A DNA stretch of 64,000 nucleotides from Camelus ferus (lineage: Eukaryota), in contig NC_045697.1 in assembly GCF_009834535.1 (NCBI RefSeq), positions 93,188,001-93,252,000 of the forward strand, read 5' to 3'. Positions 42,040 through 54,293 of the stretch are shown in pieces. The first letter of the stretch is position 1, and every line of letters begins with the position of its first letter. A model generated the notes under the pieces. The model was not told the DNA's origin and ran no database searches. It saw nothing but the letters and a program-made list of their open reading frames with translations. The position numbers and the translations under genes are program-made.

Positions 42040-43066
42040 GTGTTAAAACTTTCTTCTGCCTACTCAAATCCACTTTTGAAACCCACTACTGAAATTTTCA
42101 TTTTAGTTATTTTACTTTTCAGCTCCAAAATTTTTTAAGTTCTCTTTTTATTGATGTTTCCTATTTTGTTCATATATTGTTTTCTTGACTTCATCTGTCT
42201 TCCTCTAGTTCTTTGAACATCTTTATGATAGTTGTTTAAAATCTCTGTGTGGTAGATCTGACATATCTTTCTTAGAAAAAATTTCTCTGTTTTATTTTTT
42301 CTTCTTTGAATGAGACGTATTTTTCTCTTTCTTTGTATGTCTTGTGATTTTTTTTTTGTTGAAAAGTGAACATATGAATCTAATACTGTGGTTACTCTAG
42401 ATAGCAGATTTTTCCCCTTCTCAATGTTTTCTGTTATTTTTAATTGCTGTAGACTATCTTTGTGACAAAGATCAACCTGTAGTGTAAATCTAAGTTCTTC
42501 GGAAAATTTTCTGATTCTTCATCTTTTCCTAGATATGCACAGGAACTTTTTAATTTGCCCTGTATATGAAGTTACTTTTCAGTGTCCCAGTCTGTAAAGT
42601 CTTGCACTCAAAAGTGGGGAAAAAATCGAAGAGGGAAAAAGAATTCAGCCTTTAAATTCCCTGGAAGTCACTTTAGCCAGATGGAAACAAACAACGGGGC
42701 AAAAACAAAACAATGGTCTCCCAACAATCAATGATTTGAATACAGACAGACCTCTGATATTTGAAGTACAAGGTCCTAAGTGCCCACCCTGGGTCCCACT
42801 AGCTGCATGCAAGCTGCTTCAGGAAAACTTGTTCTGCTGCCTGCATGGGGCTGAGGCATGGGGCATGAGCAGCCATTGCTGAGTTAAGAGCTGAAATTGA
42901 CCAAAATTAACCACAGTTCACCAACTAAGCCTTCTCCTGGAAGTTGCAAACATTCAGCAGATGCCAGAGTTTCGAAACAGTCACATCAGACAGATTTTGC
43001 CAGTGGAATTGAGTGGACAGATGGATTTCCAGTGCTTTCTACTCTGCCAGCTTCCTAGAATCCACT
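42040..43066 (-). mobile_element. Old L1M 5'UTR/ORF1 start, antisense
   Basis: ttttcagctccaaaattt...tctttgaacatctttatgatagttgtttaaaatctctg resembles antisense ORF1; GC-richer 5'UTR-like part ends ...cttcctagaatcc. Confidence 0.65.
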
Positions 43067-43084
43067 GATACTTACTTGTTTTTT

Positions 43085-45275
43085 AAAACATAAAATTATA
43101 TCAAAAACTTTCACACAAATAAAACTGCAGGCCTGGATGGTTTCACTGGTAAATTCTATTAAACATCTAAAAAATTAATAATATAAATAATATATAAAAT
43201 CTTTGTAACAATAAAAGAGGGAAAACTTTCAGTTAATTTTAATGGGCAACAATAACCCTGATAGCAAGAGCAGATTAGGATATTATAAGAAAAGAAAATA
43301 ATAGACTATTATCCTTCAGGAATCTATATGCAAAATAAGTCCCCCCCAAAACCCACCACCCCAAAACATTAACATAGTATTGGCAATTAAATACAGAAAT
43401 ATATAAAGTAATATATTCTAACCAAGATGTCTGATTCTTAGAAATAATGACGGGGTTACCATTTGATATCAGACAATGTGATTCACCACATGAATAGACT
43501 TAATAACAACAGAGGCAGAAAAAGCATTTGACATACTACAACAGCTATTTATGATAAAGCCCCACAGCAAAGACAAATAGAAGCAAGCATATCCAATCTG
43601 ATTTAAAAAAAAGTATGGAAAACATACAACTAATATCATATTTAATGGCAAAATATTAATGCTTTTTCTGTAAGATCAGAATAAGCTGAAGTTTCCTCTT
43701 CACATTACTTGTATTTAATGGGTATTGCATGTCCTAACCATGATAAAGGAAAGAATAATCCAAATGTTTAATGATTTGGAAGGATAAAAGAAACTCTATT
43801 ATGGATGGTATAATTTTACACATAAAAAATCATAAGAATCTACCCCAAACTATTAGAACTAATAATAAATCAATAATGTAAAGAAATTATACAAAATAAA
43901 ATACATTTTTATATGCTAGCCAAAAAAATATTAAAAAATAAAATTGACTGACATTACAATGGCATTCAATACAATAAAATGCTTCAGAAACTTAATATAT
44001 GTCTAAGTTCTCTAAACTACTGAACTTAAGGAAAAACTTACAAAAATGAAAAGCTATTCAGTGTATATTTACTGGAATATTCAATATGGTTAGCATGTTT
44101 ATTCTTCCCCAAACAATCCATAGGTTCAACTTACTTTTTATAAAAACTGACAGATTCTAAAATATGTATGAATATGCAAAATATCTAAAATAACCAAAAT
44201 AACAGTAAAATAAACATAATGGAAAAATTGGACTCTTCTATTTCAAAGTGTCTATAAAGCTGGATTAATCAATTGATAAAAATGAAAAACTGAAATTTAT
44301 TAAAATTAAAATATTTCATTTATTCCAGAGACACTACTGAAGAAATAAATATGCACATCAGAGAATAAAGAGGATATTTAATAAATATGTACTGGATAAG
44401 AACTTCTATCCAGAATATATAAATAGTTTCTTCAGAAAACAGAATATCCAAATTACTTGAGTTCCCTCTCTCTGACACATAAACACACAGCAAGAAAAAT
44501 ATGAATACACAAACACACACACACACACACACACACACCCCTACATACTGAAAAATTTCCAGGAACATGAGTAGCTGCTCAATATTATTTTCCAATGAAA
44601 TGTCAATAAAAGCCATAGTACGATTATTCCATGTACCATAAAGAATAACTAATATGGTAAAGGGACCACACTAGATATTGATGAGAAGATGAAGAAACTG
44701 GAATATTCACACACTGCTGATATTTTTGTACATGGGTAAACACACAACTACCCTGGAGACATAGCAAATGCTATGTCCTGGATATTTATCCAAGAGAAAT
44801 GAAAATGTATCTGCATGAAAGTCTTGCACAAGAATCTTCATAGCAGATTTGTTCAAAATAGCAAGAAACCAGACACTTATGAAATGCTCATCAAGAATAA
44901 AATAAACTGTAATCTTCATACAATAGAATATTACTCAGTATTTAAAAGGTGCTTAAAAGAATGAATTAGTAATACTTGCATGAACATTCATGAACCTCAA
45001 AAGCATTACACTGAGAAAATGATTGAGTAGGTAAAGCCAGACATAAACTGTATATACTGTATAATTCCATTTATATGAAATTCTAGAAGAGGCAAAACTA
45101 ATTTATGGTAATAGAAATCAGAGCAGTGTATGATTAGTCATGGGAAAAGGGTGTTTTACTGGAAAGGAGCATGTAGAGACTTCTGGTGGAACGTAAATGA
45201 TCCATTTCTTGATAGAGGTGTGGATTACATGGGTGTTATGCATTTTCAAAATGTAAAACATACCACCTAAATAAC
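43085..45275 (+). mobile_element. Old L1M ORF2 plus 3' end, sense, decayed; (CA)n at ~44506-44538
   Basis: 43121-43159 translates KTAGLDGFTGKFY (L1 KSPGPDGFTAEFY); gcagaaaaagcatttgac is AEKAFD; L1ME/MD-like 3'UTR ccatttatatgaaattctagaagaggcaaaactaat. Confidence 0.9.
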
Positions 45276-45969
45276 AAAAAGGAAATAGCATCAATATATT
45301 CATTCATTCATCCACTTATTTCTTTTTATCTCTATCAAATACAGTTTAAAAAAAAAGACCTCACTATAATGAAATGTCACAGACTATTGTGTACATCAAT
45401 CATATCAATGAAATTAAATCATTACATAATGTAAATAGAATTATAAATCAATTTTTTACATTTTATTTGGAAACAGTAAACAGATTTTCCTTTTCTTACT
45501 GTTTCTTGTATTGAGATCTTCCACCTCCTATTTCACAGGGAAAGTTGATTGGAACAAATAAGCCAACTGTATCATTTAAAATGTGTTAATTTTTTAAACC
45601 TTAGTAAAAGCGAACTCCTTGAGAGTAAAGGTTTTTAATATAAACCAAAGTAAAAGTTATGTATTTGAAAGAGAAAAGTTATTGTTTTACTAAAGGGGAT
45701 GAGATTCCCAAATTTTTTAAAAGTCCTAAAAAAAAGCATATGGCTTATTCACAAATAGCAAACTTGAAACAATTACCCATGAGCCAGTTTTCAACCTAAA
45801 CAAAATAAAAAATTTGTAGAGCAAGAGATTTGGAGTTGAAGTAATTTGATTCCTGAATCAAATCCTCTTCTGGTTCAAAGTGCAGGGCAGAAGAAGAGAT
45901 TCAGGCAGTAGACTGCTACTGCAGAATTAATCTGTGAGCTATGAGAAAATTTTTCTGTTATTCTTGGAG

Positions 45970-46125
45970 TGTTTCATAAATGGATGTTAATGACATTTTG
46001 TGGAGAATAATTTTTAGTTTTGTGGTTCCCTTGTAAACATTGACTCCGTAATTGTGAAAACCAGAAAGCACTGCCCACACACTTCCAAATGCTCCCCTGG
46101 GAACATATATTGCCTCCTCCCATGT
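45970..46125. mobile_element. MER20-like hAT remnant
   Basis: tgacattttg...ataattttt and ttgtgaaaacca...ttccaaatgctcccctggg. Confidence 0.45.
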
Positions 46126-46938
46126 TTTCTTCCCCACCACCTTGGAAGTTACTAACCTAGACGTCTTAGGAGACCACATTACTTTCAGGAAAACCCTACA
46201 TTCGGTGTGTGACCAGTGCGGAAGAGAAAGACTGGAAGAGAACTATGTAAGGCAAAGAGATTATGAGTGATCTTGGAGAACACTGAAAAATGGAATGTGG
46301 TGAGAAGCAGCATTCAAATACTGAACAGCATACTCAGAGCACAAAAGATAGGCTGAGTGTAATCTACTATATCCAAAAGCCTCTCGAGAAAGGTACAAGT
46401 CAAAGAATTTGTGAAACTGGTGGTCAAAGACCATGCTGTAATGAAGGGTTTCAACAAGGGAGGCACACAGACAGTGACTAGAAACACACTAAGTGACTGG
46501 GTAGCTCTGGATATCAGAATGGACAAAGAATGGTTAAGAATTAAGCAGCCCACAAGCTCTGAAGAAGTATGATCCATAATCCCAAACTTTGTCACTAACC
46601 CTGGAAATCAGATCACCTCCAGAGTTCTAAGAGGGTGAAGCAAGAGATTCATGAAGTTATTTTAGAGTGACTAAGTGGTTAAAAAAATTCAGAATTTTAA
46701 AAGAGAGTTTTATTTTGTTTTGTTTTGTTTTTCACTCTTAGCAATACTGAGCTCATTCCCACCAGAAGAAATAAATGTTTCATCTAAATTGAGATCAGTC
46801 ATAGATAAGTAACTTTGGGACCTTGAATTCCTGCTTCAATTGAAGTAAGGGTATGTAGAAAGGATTTTTGAGAACACTTGGGTAGTGTATATCTTTATCT
46901 GTGTTGAATACAACCTCACAGATACAATCAGAAAAATG

Positions 46939-49713
46939 GCCCCTTTTTTGGAAGGGATTTTACTCACTAAATTCCAGACAGTACTACAATTTGGAGATCC
47001 TCATGAAGAAGGCACCCACCAAGAAAAATGACTGCTCTTGGCCTTGAGAACCCACCTCAATACTAAACAAGAAGAGGTCTCCCTTCCACCCCGTATCTTT
47101 TCTCAAGTAAACCCTGCTATCTGGGAAACTAAGGGCCCTGACAGAGCTACTATTGTCAGGTTATCATTAGAAATGGGACCACGTGAGGCTGTAGGCAAGT
47201 CTCTTCAGATCAAAGGCTGAAACAAGAGCCTTAAGTAAAAAACTTCTCAAATCTAGAAAGGCTTCTCAAAAGTGCTTGTAAATAGATGGCCAAATGGGAG
47301 GCCATCGGTTGGACTAAGCTGACCGTAGCTGATATTCGAAGCCTGATAAGAATTTTTGGGGAAAGCCTCCCTTAAGCTACATGAAGAAAAACAAAACTCT
47401 TTGTTCCACAAATCTAGTCTTTACAAGTCTAGAGGTGTGGCTCCGAAAATGTTACAAAGCCCACCAATCCTTCTTCACCTCCCAAAACCTCCCCTACATA
47501 TTTATCTTAAGAGACAAGTATTTTTTTTTAAAAGTTGTTTTTTTTTTTTTTCCCTAGCCTTAAAGAAACAAAGTCTTTCTGGGAGAAACTCGCCTTCCTA
47601 TGCCTTTGATATACAAATATTCTACCCTGTCTTCTCCAGGAACCCTCATCTCACTATCTTTTTAAAATCCTAATCTCAAAAAAAAAAGGGGGGGGGGTAA
47701 TAAATAATTTGGAACTTAGTTTGCTAAGAACAAGTAACAATTTTGTCTCTTTTTCATAAATATTAGTAAAAAGGCTTAGCCATCTAGATGGGCAACTTAA
47801 ATTCTATCTGCCAGTTTAAATCCAACCTCTTTTGTAGCTAATGGGTTTTACTTTGTTATATCTGATTCATGACTAAAGTTTTAAAATAAAAACCATAAGG
47901 TGTCTGGTTTGTATGTCATAGATGTATGGTACTGGCAAAATTAAATGGTAAAGAAGCTCTTTAATTGGCTTAAGAAAATTAAGTACTTATATAAATACTC
48001 AAACATAGAGAAAACTGGCCAAAATAAATTTCAGATTCACATTATCTAAAAAGTATTCAGTACTGGTATTGGTATTAAAGCTAGCTTAAGCTTTTTGGTT
48101 TAATTAATATAAACATGTCTTTAGAGACATCAGTGTTAAGTATAATACTTCTGTTCTGCCTAGGCTTACTAGAGGTCAAGTAAGACTATTACATCTGTTA
48201 CAAATTTGTCAATAAGAAAAATAACTCAATTAAAAAAAACTTTCAAAAAAGTAACAAAGTAAGAGATTTTGGGTAAACTCTATAGGTGTTTGTTTTGAAA
48301 TATCTAAAATTGTCTCCTCAAATTTCGGTACTTAAAACTTGAAACTAAGTTAAAATTTTCACTATCTGTGTCATTTATAAAATATTAAACATTAATTGCT
48401 GGGAAGGTCTAGATTCATCTACCTTTGCCTTAGGGGAAAAAAAAAACTAAAACATAAGTTTCCAGTCAGGAAACGGTGATATGACAACCAATTCATAGTT
48501 GCTTGCTTCTTGGTTTTTGCCAGAGATTTAGGTTTTTAAGGATTAAAATTACAATATGTAATTAAAGCTCCTAAAATAAGTATTTTAATATGCAGTGGGA
48601 AAGTATGTATGTTTTCAGTAAAAGAGTTTCATAAAATACAAAAAAAATTTCATGCATAATCAGGATTTTAAATGTTTAACAAATTCTAAAAGCTCTTTGT
48701 AGCACCAGCTAACTTTGAGATGCTCAAAAAAAAAAAAAAAGAGAGACATCTTAGATACTAAGTTAACTAGGATTATTTAACATGTTAAATATAATCAGTC
48801 ATAATTCTAATAATTACAAACAAGCCTCATTATCAATTACAAATGTTTAGCCATGGCTTTTAAGTCTTTTTGTTATTACAGGCTGTCAAACTGTTGTTAC
48901 AAAGGTGCTTCATCTTTAAGAAAATTCATCAGAAGTCAATGGAAACAGTGGGTTACAGCAGCCCCACATCATATGATGGCTATACGAGGATTCTAGCCCA
49001 TACTCTTAAACCTCTGGAAGCAAAAACAAAAGGCTGTCCTGCTCCTAGGGCCCCTAGATTAGGCATTCAGAGATTTTTACTCCCTGTTAAATGGGATCAA
49101 CGCCCCTACTCAGCCTGGAAGTAGTTTCAGAAGACTTGGACCTTCACCCCTCTGCAACCCCGTAATACTATGGGAGTAACATCTCTGAGAGGGGAATGAT
49201 ACAGGAAGGGGGCAGGGCACAGCCATTCAAGGAATGCTACAGCAATTAACATCAAAATGGTGAAAGATTCAACCCCCAGTAGGCCTTGAGGCTCAAGATG
49301 GAGGGAGATTTAACTTCTAGTAGACCTTGAGCTTCATTATATGCCTATTGTAATATACTAACATGGTGAATAACATGCCCACAGGCGCCACAGCAGCCCC
49401 AAGGCTAGCCACAAAGGGTTGAAGAGTGGGAAATGGCCAACTTCCTGGGAATCCCAGCCCCTTCCCCAGGCTGGTTAGACTGGTGCTTCCACTAATTAGC
49501 TATGGAGCCACCAAGCCCATAAAAAGTGCCTTGCCGCTGCCCTCTCTCGCTCCCTCTTCGGAGACAGCCCACACTCTGTCTATGGAGTGTGTACCTACTT
49601 TTAATCTGAGTACCTAACTCCCACATCTTGTGGCCTTTCTCTTGCCTTTCGATGTGTCTCTCTGAATAAATCTACCTTTACTCAAAAAAAAAAAAAAAAA
49701 AAAAAAAAGAAAA
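46939..49713 (+). mobile_element. ERV1 (gammaretrovirus-like) defective element retroposed as a processed, polyadenylated copy
   Basis: Protease-RT junction remnant (GRD/LLTKFQ...VNPAIWETKGPDRA); AT-rich internal region; PPT GAGAGGGGAA 49187-49196; LTR from TG at 49197; AATAAA 49665-49670; A25 at 49684-49708; TSD AGAAAAATG. Confidence 0.85.
49197..49683 (+). promoter_or_regulatory. U3-R part of the ERV1 LTR (TATA-like CATAAAAA ~49518, poly(A) signal 49665), no U5
   Basis: Follows the PPT, starts with TG and ends at the poly(A) tail. Confidence 0.75.
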
Positions 49714-50589
49714 AGAAAAATGAAAGATATCTTGTAAAAACATTAGAGCAATACTGTGTGGAAAAAATGCATAGTCCCAGAGTTATTATCAATTTTAGAA
49801 TATTCCATAAGTTTCAAAGTGTATTCAAAAATTTGTTGAAGTCTTAGGCAGACAGACAAGAGTAAGGAAAAGAGCAAATCAAGGAACATAGGAAAATAGA
49901 TTTAAGGGTCCAATATTGAACATTGTATTTCTGAAATAACAAAATCTCTTCTCAGAGTTTTCATAATAATATTGGAGCCTGGAGACTTCAGAAGACTTTA
50001 TTTTGAAGTTGGAGGAGACCATTGCTAGATCAGAAAGTTCAGGGCGAAGTAGCCAATCACTGAGAGTTTATATGTACATACTTTGCTCAAGGACCTTTTT
50101 TGTCTTTTGCTTGGATAAAACTCCAACTTTTTAGAGTCTATTAAACTCTTAAAGAAACTCAATGGCAAGTAATATGAAAGTTATAGTCGTATGGGTTTCA
50201 GAAGATAGACTTACATTACAAAGTGCGGTCACCTGGCCTCTCAGAAGCCCAGGCTCCAGTGGCTCTGATTTTCCTCTGGAGCCTAACATCTCAGGACAAG
50301 AGTTTCCTGAGGGGCAGAGGGCTTAGTTATAGATTTTGTTGGGGAACCAGTTGCGTTTAAGCAACAGAATGCAGTTATTGCCACGCCTATGGAAGCGTTT
50401 CCCTGACTTAATCAGAAATTGTGGTAACATCCAGGCTGAATTCACTGCGAAGGAAGCCAATGGCAGTGGGGAAGAGGATGGCTTGGGGTGTTAGGTAGAG
50501 TAGCTTGGGGTATAAAAAGATCACATTATCTTTTATTCATTAAGGACAGCCTTCTGTGAAAGTAAGGCAAGGAAGGTAATTCTAGAGTT

Positions 50590-50790
50590 AATGTTTCATG
50601 AGTACTTGTAAGGCTCTCTTCTAAGAACTTTTTTGGAATTATCATTTTCTCCTCAGATGACTTCTCAGTGGTAGGTATTAAAAACAAATTATTTTTTGAT
50701 TAGTAACTGCGATACAGAGAAGCCGAGAATCTTGCCCAAGTTGCAGACCTAGAAAATGGTATAGCCAAGGACTTTGCCTCTAGAAATTTC
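50590..50790 (-). mobile_element. MIR SINE
   Basis: gtaggtatta...aactgcgatacagaga...cttgcccaag...ctagaaaatggtatagccaagga. Confidence 0.6.
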
Positions 50791-52889
50791 AGTATAAAGT
50801 ACCACAAAATATTCATAATTAAATAATATTACTCCACAGAAAAATGAGGTGAGGAATATATGCAGACTAACAAATGCAATATGGAGGAACATTTATGACA
50901 AAGATTCACGTCATGATATCTTAGTGTTAAGGGAATAGTTAGGTGAAAATTACCTAAATATTCTTTACTGGAGATGTATTAATGTACTAGAGTGAATTAC
51001 ATGGCAGATATATATTGGCTGTATGACTTCTCCTATGTTTAAGTGTAAATATCACACATATTTATAATATTAAAATAATACACTATATAAAAAATGTATC
51101 CTCTACAAAGAGAAAAAAATATCTATTTTTTTAGGTCTTTGGAACAATGTTATAGTATGTTTATACAGGCCACAAAAATGTCAATACTTTCTGCATAAAA
51201 TGAACCATACAAGTGACACGCTATGATATGCCCAAGATTTATTTAAAAGAAAAAAAAAATAGGAATATATCTGATGATGTCAAGAAAAAAATAAAAAAAT
51301 TCATATATTAGAAATAAGATACAATTTTAAACATATAAAAAATACTGTGTAAAATTTATTCAGGAATTAACTCAGAGTTATTTTGTGTTCTCAATCAAGA
51401 AAACTAATGTCAGACAGGAGAAGGGAAACAAAAACAAATAAAAGACAACTGTTGTCAGAGTGAAATAGGCAAGGGCAGAACATATTTAGCTTCCCCAAAT
51501 GAATTCAAGTGTCTAAAGTCAAAATAATTACAAAACCTCAAGGTCAAAATCAATCTTAAGGGTTAAAATATCCTTCTACACTTTTAATCCATTTCTTAGT
51601 TATTTAAACTTTCAGTGGCAAATATAATCGCTTATCTGTGTTGCTGATGGGTAATACATTTCTGTCTTTATGTTAAGCTGGGTTAAGTTTTTCTGGGTTA
51701 ACTTTCTTCAACATGACAGTAATTCAAATATTGGAATATAGCTAGCATTCAAATTCTTCTCTAGTTTAAACCAAAACAATTAAAATCCTTGTACTCTTTC
51801 AAATTCAATATAATTTATCATCTAGTCTCCAGATTCATTCATTTCAAAAATAAATTTTATACCTTCTAAAAGTTAAATACTATTCAAAGAATTCCAAATG
51901 TAACTACTTATTTACACAAAGGCTCTTTTCTTGTCAAGATAGTTCCCTTGCTCACATGCCTTCTTACTGGTATGAACCCCTTCTCAATCTGTTTTCATTG
52001 TCTGGCATGATAAATCTCCTTGAGAGTCTACACCTATCTGATATTTAATCATTTTCAAGGTTATGAATTTTCTACCAAACTTCATCCTTATATTGATTTC
52101 TTTCCTTTTTCTGGAGACTTATGATTTATAATACAAATTGGGAATATTCTATTATGCTTTATATTATTTACTCTCATAACAATCTAGACTAGGAAGTATT
52201 TATCTTCTTCTACCTGTTCTGGTATATATATATTTAAGTCAAAGTGGAAAATACCTGGCCAAATTAATATAAATAATGTTAATATTTTAATTGTAAGACT
52301 ATGGAAGAAATAGTCATCACCAATTAACTAATACAATTCTCATTGTAATGAATGTTGCCTGAGTATTGATGCCTAATTATGATAATAATCACCAATTTTA
52401 ATATATACATTAATGAATTTGAGTTATTTAGTCTAAGTTCTCTCTTATTGTGAGTTGAAATGCTTCTTAAACAAGTCAAATTTAATTCCTAATATATTGA
52501 AATAAAGTGATATAAGAAGCTGAGATAAATGTCTCACCAATTTTATGAGCCTCTTATTTCATAGCATCCTTAAAAGCCTACACATGATGTGTATTTGCCA
52601 ATGCTATGCATAGAAGAGAAACTTTCTTCCATGACATAATGAGTCGGTTTTTTTACCTTCAAGCCATATGAGTATTTACACGCATATTCTACCCACAGTT
52701 CATCTCCCAGCAGACAAGTGCATGTGCTTGGCATTGATTCTACACCAGCAATAAGATTCAAAGCTTTCAGAAAATGAAAAAAAGTTGTTTCTCATTAAAC
52801 CAATATTACATTGTGTGATCCTCAAACATATAAATTGTTATTTAAAATACTATTCCTGCTGGCTCCTAACAGAATAGCCAATACTCTCC

Positions 52890-53310
52890 TTCTACTTCCT
52901 TATTAAAGAGTCATCATTTGTGCTTTGGTAGATGCTGATTAGTATAGGGCAACAATGGTATTTCCATTCCCTTGACAGTGATTAAGTTGACAAGATTAGG
53001 CCACATCTCTAGCCAATAACACCCAAGGATACGTCCAGTGGGGTTTCTGAGAAAACAGATCAAACAGGACATAGTACAGAAGCTAATATTTTACTGACTT
53101 TGAATTATTGTCATGTGAGGATGTGATGCTTAGAGCTCCAGAAGTCACTGTAAAATATCAGAGTGAAGACAAAAGAACTGCTTAGAAGCCAAAATAAAAA
53201 TCATTAAAACACTAAATCAACAAATATTTCTTATATTGTATGTAACATACTATCATGTTTATTTTATTTGCACATTCTGTTTCTTGAGGCCAAAGATATC
53301 TTAATTGATG
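52890..53310 (+). mobile_element. Old MaLR LTR (MLT1J/K-like)
   Basis: tgtcatgtgaggatgtgatgcttagagct and ttctgtttcttgaggccaaagatatcttaattga. Confidence 0.55.
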
Positions 53311-53599
53311 GACTATAAATGTTTTACTACTAAAAAACAGGGAATAGAAAAGTAACTGAATATTTCAAGCATTTAATGTAATTAAAAATAATTGAATAAC
53401 TACTGTACAATCAAAATTTCTGTGCTTCAGTGCTCCTCTTCATTGTTCAACACAACAATAAAAAAAAAGTCTATCCTGCATTGTCCCTTAGTTTATTTTT
53501 TGGGAAGCAATGACTTTGGCTCTATGGTGATATCAAATCAGATGTTCTTTAGGAGCAATCTCTTCAGGCAATTCTCTTTTGCATAATATAGTTGAATAG

Positions 53600-54293
53600 T
53601 TTCAGTCTAAAATTTCACACTACAGAACACATTGATGAGATCTGAAACAATTCCACTTCGTTTATTTGAGCAGGTTAGAAGTTGGTTTGAGGGGACATTT
53701 TTGGATTATTCTCAGAAATTCCATTATCTCAACTTTTTATGTGGGGAGTTTATGAAGAGAATTCATTTCATGAAGTCATCTTAAAAAAAAAGAACATTTA
53801 AGTAAAATAACAAATACTTGTCCTGTGAGTGACAGTGCTTACTCTCCTCCCCTGGGAGAAGAGTTCCCTTTCTTTTGGCTTCTCTAGCTCCTGAAGCTTT
53901 CCCCAGCCCCATATCTGTCCCCAGTCTTTGTTATGAATGCTTAGTGTTGTCTGTGGAGATGAGCCTGCAAGCCTGTGCAAACCTATTTTTTAAAATCTGT
54001 GGCTCCCAGATATTTTTAAAACTTTAGCTAATAACTGGCTTTTAGCAATTCATTACATTTTGTATCTGCTATTACAGAGCTCCCATATTTTTCTGGTGCT
54101 CTGCTCCAAGTAAGGCAGTCTCCGTGCCTTGGAAATCTGAGTGTTTTCTTAGATTTCAGGCTAGTTGGTTGCCTTCCAGTCTCAGCTCTCTCATATATTC
54201 AAGATTTCTTAGATTATCTATTTTTTTTCCTTATTTTGAATATCGGAGTGACAATCTCTAGCATTTTACATTCTAAGTAGAAGCCAGAAAGTG
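53600..54293 (-). mobile_element. Old L1M 5' region, antisense
   Basis: ttcttagatttcaggctagttggttgcc...ctcagctctct...ggagtgacaatctctagcattttacattctaag resembles antisense L1M 5' ends. Confidence 0.55.
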
